From assembly GCA_001949185.1 (NCBI GenBank), contig BDGG01000006.1, positions 2,028,827-2,092,826 of the forward strand: 64,000 nucleotides of DNA, given 5' to 3'. This document shows positions 15,007-28,200 of this stretch, piece by piece (position 1 is the stretch's first letter; each line of letters begins with the position of its first letter). The DNA is from Ramazzottius varieornatus (Eukaryota; Animalia; Tardigrada). The notes beneath the pieces were generated by a model. The model was not told where the DNA came from and did not search any database. It saw only the letters and a program-made list of their open reading frames with translations. A program made the position numbers and the translations under genes.

Positions 15007-16972
15007 TTTTTGACCAATATCAGAAGAAGGCGAGACAAATGATGCAAATGGTGAAGCGGCTAGATGGATCACGAAATATTCCACTGTCAGAAACCAGTCG
15101 GGCGGGGTATCCAAATTACATTGTGACGAATGGATTCTTCGTGGAGGTTGCTGTCAGATCGACGTGCACGATGAAGCTTGCGTAACTTTTCTGACACAGC
15201 AAAAGAAGAGTTAGTCCACCGATAAAATGGTAAAGAGGGATAGAAAAGGTGGTAGATCCTGCTCGAGAACTTCCCAGCTGTAAACGTCCACAATGGCCGA
15301 ATAACCCGAATGGAAACAGGATCCGCTGCGAAAGTCCGTGGCGTCACATGAGACGATGGATTTAGGCTGTTGATTCGTTTGGATTACCTTCTGATCACAT
15401 CGCACAACGCCATGAAGTTTACAGCTTGAAAAACGACCACGTTAACGTCAGGCCAGTGTAAAAATACGCCGAATAAAAAAACGCAATGAAGCCTCTTGAA
15501 CTGCTGTAACAGGTTTGTAAAGAGAGCCAGAATGATGCTGCAACAGATTTGACAAACACCAAACACTGAACAGAGCTCCACTCGGCCATCTCATCGCTCT
15601 CTTCACCGTCCGTACAATGGCGCTGTACGAGAACACCTCCTTTTAGAATGGCGACCTGGCCTACGGGCAATCGTGCTTCGAATTCATACTTCAACTTCCA
15701 CGTAGTACGTACCTCTTATGGAACAACTTTAATTATTCCATTCATGCCTTAGTACACGTTGGTGACGAAACCAGAAACAAAAGTACGAGTTTGATTGTGT
15801 TCGGTTTTCGGAGAACCAGTGACTTTTGGAATCGTGCACCCTTCCCCCGCAACCGATTGCTATTGTGCGAGTAGACCAAGGGACCTTCCACCCGGATCTT
15901 GAGAAAAAGACGATTTGGAGCTCTCGCCATTTCACTTTTCTTTCATGGCAGGTAATCACTAGAACCGACATTTAATAGTTGCAGCGCACGAGTACCCAGA
16001 GGTTTGTAGGATTGCACTTGATCAAGTGTCCAAGCTCCTGGCACAAGAGCGCCATCTGTTGCCACAAGAGTTACAGAAAGCCACTGGTCGGTCCCACCAG
16101 AGGGAGATACGTGTCGCATCTTGTTCGCCACGCAGGTTGTTTATATTAATAGCATTGCACAGCATGGCACAATCACGCTGAGAGTTGGATGTGGTAAGCC
16201 GTACAAACGAAACAGGCGGAAGCAGAATATTCGGTTTAACATTGGTTTAAGCGAAATTCCACCACTTTCAGATTTCTGACTCACAGCCAAACAACCTTCT
16301 ACCAAAATCCTGTTTTCTTTTGAATACTAGATTTCAAGGACTATTCTTGGTGTATGACAGGAAGTCGTTCAGTCACCACATCGTTCCCTGCTTTCAAAAC
16401 AAGCCATGTCCAGCACGGCCTTGATCACGACTGAAACAGGGTTGTGCTGGTGACGTCAGCCGGAAGTCTGTTCTCGGTACAACCTTGATGCAAACCTCTT
16501 AACAGGGCTGAGCCATCCAGTTCCAGTGGCGGAATGGGACGTTCTCCAGCTTTCTTCGTAATTGCCACCGAAATTTTAGTACTTGCAACACGTAGCCCCC
16601 TCGGGTCCCACTTTCACTTGTGGAGTCTGTGTCTGTCTAAATTCGAGCGCGACAGCAGCCATTACGGAGTGGGACAAGCTTCAAGGGAGATGCTAGGTAG
16701 ATCAGGTCAAATAAAATTTGACGTACGTAGAAGGTTAACGTTCAGGATGCTCGGGAAGAACTGTTAAATATACCGGTGCTCGATTACTGCCCATTCTGAC
16801 CCGCAGCATCTATCTATTACCGGCGTATCGCTATTCCTTTTGCTACTGTAATTGTTTCAGCCATTTCCGAGAAACAGACACGACCATTGTCAATTTATTT
16901 CCCTCGTTCTGAGCTTGCGTGATTCAATATCGCTGGTTTTGCTGACAACCTAGCTGTTATTCCGGGTCCGAC

Positions 16973-17582
16973 ATGGTTCGTACCAAGCAGCTCTACAAAA
17001 AGGATACTCGCGATCGGTATCGGCAGCTGGGTACCAAAGCTGCTCGCAAAACCGCACCCGTCACCGGAGGCATGATAAAACCTAACCGTTCTCGTCCCGG
17101 AACAATAGTCCTCCGTGACATTCATCGTCTTCGTGAGTCCTACCACTTGCTCATCAGTAAACTGCCCTTCCAGCGCCTTGTCCGTGAGATCGCTCATCGC
17201 ATCAGGCCGCTTTCAGTCTGCAGCTTTGGGTGCATTACAGGTATGGCGAACCCGGGTAATGCTGCATTTTGGGAAAGTTTTCTTTATAACCTAATCTCAT
17301 TTTCGCCCCAACGTCTGACACATTCACTTCAACGACCGAAGGTTGGAAAGCTGCATATATTATTGCAAGAGTTTGATCATATTGCTCGGGCGACAACAAC
17401 GATATTAAAAACCAATAGTTATAGTTTCCTTGGTTGTCCAGGAAACTTCGGAAGCGTACTTGGTTGGAATCTTCGAAGACACCAACCTATGCGCTATCCA
17501 CGCCAAGCGAGTCACCATCATGATCAAGGACAGGCAGCTGGCACGTCGACATCGTGGAGAACTTCCGTCTTCACCCCCGTAA
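16973..17582 (+). pseudogene. Divergent histone H3.3-derived variant with a frameshift (2 exons: 16973-17240, 17441-17582)
   Basis: [34 protein letters not shown], then a frameshift near 17207 into [11 protein letters not shown]. Intron at Q|E. Exon 2 reads [36 protein letters not shown]. Confidence 0.85.
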
Positions 17583-17732
17583 GCAGAAAGCGATCAGACG
17601 GACCGTGTCAGCTTTTGATTACTACATATACATGTCTGTGTTCGAGTCTAACTTTTTCCAGCTTTCCGCTGGCGGTTACAACTAATCTTAGTGCAACTAC
17701 CTGTAGAGTAGTACTGTCTGTAATGATAGGGA

Positions 17733-18146
17733 CCTAGCGCGCCAGCCAGAATTTCGCTACGAGCGGCGGAATTTCACGTTGGAGAAATTCACGGTTCTCC
17801 CCGACGTAAAATTTAAATTTGGCTTTTGCGAGAAAAACACGGCGAACGGTGCAAAATAACCGATCAAGAAATTAAATAAGTTGGGGCAACGTTCGGCTTC
17901 GCCCCGGGTCGTGAGTGCTGTATGTACACGGAGCTGTACTGCTGGACGGGAGAAATTTAGACAGTTGAATATTCGCGGAGCAGTCGGCGTCGTCAAATTT
18001 GACCGTCACGAACGAACAGGGCCTTCGTCGTTATTTTGCCACCGTCACGAAGCGCGCTCAACGTAACTTACGTCGCGCTCGAAGATGACTCACCGTTCAA
18101 CGTGAAATTTGAACGTTCGTCGTGAGGTTCTGGCTGTCGCGCAAGG
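17733..18146. mobile_element. Degenerate MITE (~414 bp)
   Basis: CCTAGCGCGCCAGCCAGAA..AATTTCACGTTG is mirrored by CAACGTGAAATT..TTCTGGCTGTCGCGCAAGG. Confidence 0.6.
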
Positions 18147-19205
18147 TACCTGATATTTCCCTCTTCCCACGTTTCTTAAAAGTCACGCTGACGCCTTCTA
18201 GCTTCATGCACATGAATAGATTCTTCTTCTTCCACTACTATTGAGCTTGACAGAAAATTCACCCAGACTGGTTTTAGATTAAAGCCTTTCTCAATCTTCG
18301 CACACTACCCGTTGTACTGTATTATCAATAAAGTGATGATACCCCGCTCTCTGGTATTTTGAACTGCTTTCTTTCCAAGCTACGGTGGCGGTCATTTTTT
18401 GCGGTCGAATGCTTCATATCAGCATGGGAAATCGCGGAAGCATAAATCATAATGTTATCAGTATCGGCACAGTGCAGTATACATAACTTCGTTATGCCTT
18501 CTGCACTGTGGTATCGGTTTCACGCAAGGATGAGGAGTTAAGGACGAAACCTCAAGTCCGGAGAGGACAGCTTCGGCTGTTTATCTTGCACCAGCTTTTC
18601 CCCTTGTCACGCGGCTCCTTTGTTGTCCGTTATTTGTTGATGGTTGCGGCTGAAAGTGTGACACTGTGCTACCTCCTTCACATGCGCCTTGGACATCGGA
18701 TGACAAAGGATTCACTAGCAGTTGCTACACTTTGCTTCATAGCTAGTACAATCCTCAACGAGAGAGATCACAACCAGAAAACGTAACAACAGTACGAAAC
18801 CAGAAAACGAAGAGAAATGGCAAACAATTAAATTATGGTAATAACCTCTGCGGCTCTTGGGACAGGCTTGTTCTTCTCTTTGAGAAAGTGATTTAGGATC
18901 TCGAAATCGGCGGCCTGGAGCTCCGCCAACAAGAGGTTGATCGATTGGATCCTCTGGTTCCACAAACCGCAATATGAACGGTTGGAACAGTTCTGCTTGT
19001 AGGGGCGATCAGCTGATCAGCCTGATCGTTCCGTTTCTTGATTGCTGATTTGTTTGTTTTCCAGATTTTTGCTGTCTTCCGGACTCTTCCCATTTCCAGA
19101 AGGGTGCGCGAGGCTTCTGTGTACCGACGTTACAGAGGATGAACTTGCATCGTGTCTGGATGACTGAGAGCTGGATAACGTGTGGCTGAGCTACCTGCGT
19201 TGAAG

Positions 19206-22200
19206 ATGCATTCATCGGTCATCAGCCAGTTTGTGGCCAGCTTGAAGAGCCGGAGTGACGAGACACGCTTGCAGACATCCCGAGAATTACGCCGATATGT
19301 CACGTCCGAGCTTCAGGAAGTCAGCCGAGATGAACTGCAGGCTTTCCTCGATGAATTCGACCATCATCTGTCCGAGATGGTCAGCAGCGGAGACATCAAC
19401 GAGAAGAAAGGCGCGATTGTGGCAATTGGTATGTCCATCCAATCAACAATTGCATCCCATGTTAAACTACCACTTGATTGATTTTCTGCAGCCACGCTAA
19501 TCGAACTGGACATTGGCAGCACATTCGGACGCATCTCCCGCAACTGGGTCTGGCTGCGCGCCATGGTACCTTCAGCAGACCTGGGCATCACGGAGTTGAC
19601 GGCCAGAGCCATGGGGAAACTGGCCTTGGTCAGTGGAACGTTCACGGCGGAGTATGTGGAGTTTCAAGTGCGCCAGTGCTTCGAATCGCTATCAGCGGAA
19701 CGAAATGAAAGTCGACGCTATGCCGCCGTCTGTATCCTAAAAGAACTGGGCAACAACTGTCCGACCTTCTTTTTCCAGCATGTCCAACAGTTCTTTGAGA
19801 CCATCTTTGTGGCTGTCTTCGATGTTAAGGCCTATATTCGGGAGAAGGCCGTCGACGCAATTCGAGCTGCGGTAAAATGCTAAACAGGCTGAACTGCCGG
19901 TCTGTTTGAATATAGTTGTGAGGATTTGTCCTATGTTGTAGATCGTGGTGACGGCGCAGAGAGAGATGCGGGAGTTTCAGAGGCCTTCTTGGTATCAGAC
20001 ATGTTATGGAGAAATTGTGAGAGAGTTGGAGAATAAGGGAGCTGTGAGGGAGGAAAGGGTCCATGGATCGTTGCTGGCGCTGAGGGAGTTGCTGAGATGC
20101 TCCAATGTCGATGCGGAAAGAACGAGGTTCGGCATGGAAGATGTCATCAAGTCCCAGTCCGAAAGCGACGGAAATCCAGGTGCGACATACTTACGAACTT
20201 CTTTCCAACGTTGTCTAACTCCAAAGCAACAAATTATATGGAATTCCTCTTAGTTTTGAACATGTGGTATAAGAGAAAGATGACAATAGAAGGTTGACAG
20301 AAAATGTGCAGAAAAATGGCTCAACATGGGTTCCTTATTGACTATGTATGTGAGACTGAATAATCGCCTTGACGTTGTGCTACAAAATGAGTAGTGGTCT
20401 TACCTACTAAGCCTGCTAAGACTGGGAATAACTTTTTTCATGAATGGAAAACGGTTTTCAACATCAAGATCGAATGAAAGCCGTTATGAATTGATTGTTC
20501 AGTGTTCATTGTTCAGGGACGCCGCAGAGAGCGACGGCGACAGCCACAACCAAAACTCGCAAGAAGCTATCTTTCGGTGGTATCTTTACAAAAGAGACAC
20601 CTCTGGAGCCTGTTCCTGACATTTACCTTCTGGCGGAGAACTCCGACTCCAAGCTGTACGAAAGCAACGCCTGTAAGGAAGTCATCACGGCCAACTTTGC
20701 CCAAATCTGCACCAACGTGATGGACCAACGCAACGCCAGGTCGCCGTACATCCAGTCAGCCATCCTGCAGCTCTTGCCTCGACTTGCCGCCTTCAACAAT
20801 GCAATCTTTATCGAGAAGCACCTAGGTGGGCTATAAAGAAACGGCATTCGACCTGTTCTAAACTCGAAAATTAGTTGAACTATGTAACCTCGGCAAACAA
20901 ACATGAACATATCGTTTTCCTAAGTGGCGCACGCTTTCAGCTAATACTAGCGAGCACGTGCGCCACTTTGGAAAATAATTTCCTCGAGTTTGTTTGCCAA
21001 GCGCCCGTAATTATGATGGATTTCTCTACTGATGAGATTTATTGTCTAGGCGATGCCGTGGCTTATGTGTTGTCCAATATTAAACGAGATCGCCAGCAGA
21101 CTTTCCTGACCATTGGATTCCTGGCTATGGCGTTGGGCGACGGCATCAAGCCACAGCTACCAAAGATCATGGAGTTTCTGAGGAGCGCGTTGAGGCCGAA
21201 GGAGACCAGTGCTTCTAAGCGGAAGAGTGTAGTCCATATTCCTGATGACGCTGCTTACACTTGCCTCTGTATGCTTGCTCGGTATGTCCACTTTCGCTAA
21301 GTCATTGAAAGTGTTTCAGGACGGTAAATGATGGTTCGCTTTCTTTCTAGGTCCGTCGGAAGCAGTATGACGGACGAGTTGGAAGATATCCTCGACGTGA
21401 TTCTTTCCGGTCAGCTTCGTCCGACGTTGGTGGCTGCCCTGAAAGAAATCTGTCTGGCCGTCGAAAAGCTCCGTAAGCCTATTCAGGATGGGTTGCTGAA
21501 GATCCTCTCGCTGACGCTGATGCATCGACCGCTTCAGCATCCAGGTGCGCCAGTCGATCCAGCATTGAGAGGTCCTCCGGACATCGACGACGTCTTCACG
21601 ACTGTCTTAGCCTTACGAACCCTTGGGAACTTTGACTTTGAAGGTATCTCAGAGCTTTTGCATCCGCCTGTTATTTCAGCGGTTTCGATTTCTTGAACGG
21701 AGAGTAGACGAAGAAACTCGACAAGACAATTTTCCGAAGTGGCGCAACCTTTCAGCTAATAACACTGAGAAACCGCGCCACTTGGAAGCACCAACTTGTC
21801 GAGATTTACGAGTGGCACACTCGTGCCGCCACTAACAAATGAAAAACTGCTGCACTTGAACATGATTTTGACTTATTCTGCAGGGTCGTCCGTGTCGCAT
21901 TCACTGATGCCGTTTGTGGAATACTGTGTCGACTACTATATTCACAGCGACATTAGAGAAGTTCGTCTGGAAGCGGTGGCGACCTGCCCGAAAGTGATGA
22001 CGCCCGTGTTGAAGAATGCGCTGAAGCCGCCAGCACACTTCGTCAGTCCGACCGTCTTTTCCACCGTCTCGGAAGTCCTGAAAAAATTACTGGTGGTTGG
22101 CATTACCGATCCATACTCTGAAATCCGGTAAAAGTTCGTCTTTCACTCCTTTCAAATTATTTATTTTGTGATGGAATTGGTGTTTTCATTGCTATGAATG

Positions 22201-25200
22201 AGAATTGTCGACGGTTCTGCTCTTCTGATTGCCGGTTTCCTCCAGGTTTTGTGTCATGTCGTCGTTGGACGGGACCTTTGACATTCACCTGGCCCAAGCC
22301 GAGAACTTGAATAGCCTCTGTTTCGCGTTGAACGATGAGGTTTTCGAAGTTCGAGAAGCCACGATGTGCATCCTGGGTCGGCTGAGCAGCCTCAACCCCG
22401 CCTATGTTATGCCGATCCTCCGCAAAGTTCTCATCCAGCTGCTGAATGAGCTGGAATACAGCGGCGTGAACAAGAACAGGGAACATAGCGCCAAACTACT
22501 CGGGCACTTGATCGCTACTGCGCCGGCGTTGATGCGCAGCTACTCCGAACCGATATTGAAGGTATATATCGCTCTTGCGAACGGACAAGTGAGAGTTCAG
22601 CAAACAAACTCAGAAAGATCTTTATCCCAAGTGGCGCACGTTTCCTGTGTTAATGGCTGAAGGGATGCGCCACTTTAAAAAAGGTCTTGCTGAGTTTGGT
22701 TTGCCGAGCTTCCAAATAGAATGCATGGTTTTAAACTGCGTTGTTTTTCAGGCTTTGGTTAGTAAGCTCAAAGACGAAGAATGCAGTAATGCCGTCATTG
22801 TGAATATCCTCAGTGCCATCGGCGAACTGGCTCGTGTCAGCTGTTTGACGACCACGAGAGAAATTCGGAAAAGGCTGGATGAAATGCTTAAAATGATCCT
22901 TATGATCCTTCAAGACCTGAATTCTTCGTCGAAGCGCGAATATGCCTTATGGACACTCGGTAGGAGGAATCGACGTTATTCATATGAATGATTTTTCAGT
23001 TGACTGGTGCATCTGGTCTGTAGGGAAGCTAGTGGAAAGTACGGGATGTGCCATCGAGCCTTACAAGAAGTTCCCGATGCTGTTGGAGATTTTGATAGGG
23101 TTCCTGAAGAACGAACAGTCGCCGTCGCTGCGAAGGGAGACCATGCGGGTGTTGGGTCTACTAGGTGCTCTAGACCCGTATATCCATAAAGTTCACATGG
23201 GTCTCATCGAAACGGGTGCTGATGCATCAAGTCCGGTGGTTGGTCAACCGGAGCCCATTGCTACGACCGAAGGCGGTCAGGTAGGTTACCAACCACATCA
23301 CGAGTCTTTTATATTCACTACGTTCTACAATAATAATATTGCCGAATCGGCCACCACGATTTCTCAAAAACAGAGAATAGAACGTTGCACACTGTGTAGA
23401 AAAACGGCAAAATTGATAGCCATCCATTCGGTACTAATTGTACTGTTATTGATGCACGGGATGCTTGACTGGCAGACGTCAGCTACGGTCTTTTCATATG
23501 TGGGTTGATATTTTCACATGTAAGAATATAATTAGTTTTGCTGATGCTGTTTTCTCGTAGGATGCAGCGCAAATTCATGAAGTCCTGATTTCCTTGTCGT
23601 CCCTCAACCTGGAAGACTACTACCCCGCCGTCGGCATTTCCGTCCTGATGCGCATGCTGAACGACCCTACGTTGGTCCAGTATCACACCATGGTGGTCCA
23701 GTCCGTCCTCTTCATCTTCAAAAACCTTGGCGTCAAGTCCGTGCCGTACTTACCTCAAGTCATACCACTGTTCCTCTGCGTCCTTCGTCAGTCCACCGAC
23801 GCCATCTTCCGGGAGTTCCTGTTGCAGCAGCTGGGCGCCTTGGTCGGCATTGTCCAACAACACCTCCGCCCATACCTAGGTCCCATAAGAATTCCTTTCT
23901 ACGTTTTAAGTTCTGAATTCGAAGTTAAAATCGAATTTGGGAGCTCGGTAAGCAAACTCGGTCAGATTGTTCCCCTCAAGTGGCGCACGTCTTCAGTGTT
24001 GTTGGTTGAGATCATGCGCCACTTGAAAAAACAAGCTTACTGTTTTCTCGACTGGCCCACGTCCCCAATATCACAGGCTGGAAGGGTGCGCTCTTTGAGA
24101 GAACGATTTAATCGAGTTCGGCTACCGAGCTCCCGTTTTGATGTGTGTTCTTCTCTTTAGGGAGTATCGTGAAGTTGATCCAGGAGTTTTGGGTCCTGAC
24201 AGCCGCGGTCCAGTCCACGCTCATCTCGCTGTTGGAACAGCTGGTAGCAGCTCTTGGCTCAGACCTCAGGCCGCACATGTCGGAGCTGATTCCGCAGATG
24301 TTGAGAATTCTAATTCACGATAACAGCCAGGAAAGAATGGTGACGGTGAGATTACTGTTCGCCCTGCAAAAGTTCGGCCCGGTCCTCGACGACTATTTAC
24401 ATACTCTGCTGGCACCTATCGTCAAACTCCTGGACATGAAGTAACTGCAGCAAGTTCTGGAAAATATTAAAAAATAATAAAATAAAATTTACTGCGAAAA
24501 AGTTTTCTCCATAAACAGATGCTAAAATATTTCGTGTGTTTTGTGCTTAGGGATGTTAGTGTCCCGACGAAGAGACAAGTCTTAGAACTTGTCGAGTGTC
24601 TTTCTGAGACGAATGACTTGAGTGAGTACGCTGGGTTGATCATCCACCCGATCCTTCGGGTGATGGACGCTCACGTGGAACTTCATAACTCAGCCATGGA
24701 CGCGATGGCTGCCATTGTCTCCCAGCTGGACAAGAAATTCAAGATCTTCATCCCGTCAGTCCACGTGGCCATCACCAAACACCGGCTAACCCATCGCAAA
24801 TACGACCTTCTCGTCGCCCAGCTCAAAAACGGTGTGAAAAATAGTGTATCAAAAACAGGATTGGGGCAAATATACTGAGCAGATAGTTTTCGCTAGTGGC
24901 GCACAATGTTATTGTTGTTAGCTGTAAGTGTGCGCCACTTGAAAACACGATCTGCTGTAAATCATTTAAGAGCTGAGCAGACAAAATGTTCAAGATCGTT
25001 ATCTCGAGTAGCGCAAGTTTTTACTGCTTCTGAATAGCCGGGTGCGCCACTGATGATTATGATCGTCTACGTTTCGTTTTCCCAGCTCCCAGCCCAGGTC
25101 GCAGTTCATCTCGCAAGCATATTCAACCGGAAGCGAGACCGGAAGTGAATTTGGTTTTAATCTTGTAGGTCATTCGACGTTGCCGGATGAAGGAACCTCA

Positions 25201-28200
25201 AGAAGCCGGAGATACTACATGGGCAGTCGAGCGACACGAGCGACCGGAGAACCTGTTGAGATCATCACGTCAAAAAACTTGCCGGTCGGAGTAGCAAGCT
25301 TGAAAAAGGCATGGTCGACCGCTAGATGTGCTTCAAAAGATGACTGGTTGGAATGGTTGAGAAGGCTTAGCTTGGAATTCCTGAAAGAGTCCCCTTCACC
25401 AGCACTTAGATCCTGCTGGGCCTTGGCCCAGTCATACCCTGTCGTCGCCAAGTAAGTCCTTGATCTTTTCTTCGATGGCCTTTTGGCAGTTGATATTGAA
25501 GTTTAGAAGAATACCTGTCCAGGGAATTGTTCAACGCGGCATTCGTTTCCTGCTGGACGGAACTGACGTCCATTGAACAAGACGAACTGCTGAAAGCCCT
25601 GGAAGACGCTCTAAATCGGCATGATATTGCCGAGATTACGCAGACATTGTTGAATCTGGCCGAATTTATGGAGCATTGTGAGAAGGTGAGTTCATAAAAT
25701 TTGCTCGAATATTTTGGGTCACCAAAGAGTATTTTGGGAAAGCAAAGTGTCACCTTAATGAAATTGTCTGGCCTTTTGCCAGGGTCCGTTGCCGCTAGAG
25801 CCGAAGGTTTTGGCCGATCTAGCCATCCGTTGCCGCGCTTATGCCAAGGCATTGCACTACAAAGAGATCGAGTTTCGCGCTGATCCGAAGTCCGTGGATG
25901 TCTTGGAGTCGCTGATCAGCATCAACAATAAGCTCCAGCAACCGGAAGCGGCAGCTGGGGTGCTGGAGTACGCCACCAAGGTGAACAACGGAGAAGTACT
26001 GAAGAAGACCTGGTTCGAGAAGCTGAATGAATGGGAAGCCGCTTTGGTCGCTTACGAACGCAAACAGGTGTGAAGAAAGCACATCTTGACTTTCACCGAG
26101 AATATTTCAAATTTTCACAAGGAAGCAAAACGAGAAATAAAAAGAAAATATGGAAGCTCAACAAACAAGCTCGACCAGAGTACAGTATCCTCCCAGGTGG
26201 CGCATGTCTGCAGTGTCGTTGGCTGAAAGCGCGCGCCACTTCGTAAAACAGTTTTGTCAAGTTTGTTCGTCGACCGCCCATAACTTGATAAATGACAGTA
26301 TCTGAGGTTGACTTGATAATTATGCGATGGAAAAGAACCGTGAATGTTCTTCAGGAACAAAGTCCGAACGACGAGGAACTTCTCTTGGGGAGAATGCGCT
26401 GCCTGGAAAAGCTCGGTGACTGGCAGCACCTCCATCAACTCGCGCAAGAGAAGTGGCCCACAGTCAAGGACGATCTGCGCGTCAAGATGGCCCGTATGGC
26501 ATCAGCTGCTGCTTGGGGACTCCACAAGTGGGAGTCGATGGAAGAGTACGTTTGCTTGGTGCCACGAGACTCGCTCGATGGCGCATTCTACCGAGCCGTC
26601 CTGGCTCTTCGTCAGGATCAGTTCGACTATGGCCAGACGTTGATCGAGAAGGCGAGGGATCTGCTAGACTCGGACTTGACGGCCATGGTGGGAGAGAGCT
26701 ACAGCCGGGCTTACGGCTCGATGATTCTGACACAACAGCTAGCTGAACTGGAGGAAGTGGCGCAGTATAAGCTGTACCCGGAAAGAAAGCAAACCATCCG
26801 GGAGACGTGGTGGAAGAGGCTGATGGGATGCCAGAGGAACGTGGAAGACTGGCAGAATATCCTTCAGGTAAAATGAAATAAAAATAATGTAAGATAGTTA
26901 AGATAAACCACAATAAAATAGAAATTGTAAAATAATATCATTAACACGAAAAGAAAATACCAAGCACTGAAAATACTGACTGGATGTTTTCAGGTTCGCG
27001 GGTTGGTGCAGAGCCCTCATGAGGATATGCGAGCTTGGTTGAAGTTTGCTTCCTTGTGTCGGAAGACCCGTCATAACTCGTTAGCCTACAGGATCTTAAC
27101 CACCTTGCTCGGTTATGATCCGAAGAAGCAGCCTGGGCTAGCGGTGCCAACAAGCAGTCCGCCGTTGTTTTACGAGATGATCAAGTACATGTGGCATCAT
27201 GATGAGAAGCAGTCGGCTTACCATCAGTTACAGAAGTTCGTGGTATCGAACGGTGGGATACGAGGGAATGTGAACGATCCGGTGGCGATGGAATTCAGCA
27301 AGCTGCTGGCCCGGTAAGTTCCGCAAGCCAGCTTTCATGAACAACCAGAAGTTGGTGGAATACAGTGATGATAGTGTTCTGGTTTCAGCTGTTGTCTGAA
27401 ACTGGGAGAATGGCAGGAAGAGCTGAACGAGCGGAACGCTTCCATGGATGAACGAAGTATTCCACAGGTTAGTGAATATCGAACAGTGAATATCGGACAG
27501 GACTTGATTGGGTTTGTGATGCTAAACCACATACTATTGTGAATGGGACGTGGGCAAATGAATCGAACCAGGATTGTTTCGCCAAGTTGCGCAAACTTTC
27601 AGCAAAAACAATGGAAATGTGCGCCACTTGCGAAAAACCATCTGGTTCCGTTCATTTGCCCGCGTCCCCTATCACTAAAATAATTTGAGCCAGGGGAAAA
27701 AAGTTATTGGTAAGAGCTTTGAGTTTGTGTTGGATAAAGTTTGTGCTGTTCTGAGTATGACCGAGGCTTCAGGCTGATTACGTCAACACTTGTCCGTTTG
27801 CCTACAGATTATTCAGTGCTACAGTGCGGCCACAGCCCACGACCCGTCCAACTACAAAGCCTGGCACGCTTGGGCCTCCATGAATTTCGAAGCCGTCCTC
27901 TACTACAAACAACGGGCTCAAGCCCCCATCTCCTCCAGTTCCTCCGACAGCCTTTCCAGTGGACCCGTCTCACCCGGTCGCCCCGCCACCATCCCCTTCC
28001 CAGCACAGGCCATCCATTCCTACTGCATCCCGGCCATCAAGGGCTTTGTCAGCTCCATCGAACTCTGTCGAGGCAGCGCCCTGCAAGACATTCTTCGTCT
28101 GCTGACCCTCTGGTTCGACTACGGCCATCTTCAAGAAGTGTACGACACGCTAGTCGACCAGCTGAAAAGTATCCAAATCGAACACTGGTTGCAAGTCATA

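Noticed and set aside
15087-16170. Short minus-strand ORFs with hydrophobic stretches
   Set aside because: No coherent spliced frame or recognisable family could be built.
16450-16468. TGACGTCA and CCGGAAGT (CRE/ETS-like) promoter motifs
   Set aside because: These are short motifs, and TGACGTCA also occurs in repeat-rich regions. They cannot be assigned without TSS data.
18508-19093. Possible divergent gene upstream of mTOR
   Set aside because: Only short ORFs with no recognisable domain or splice structure.
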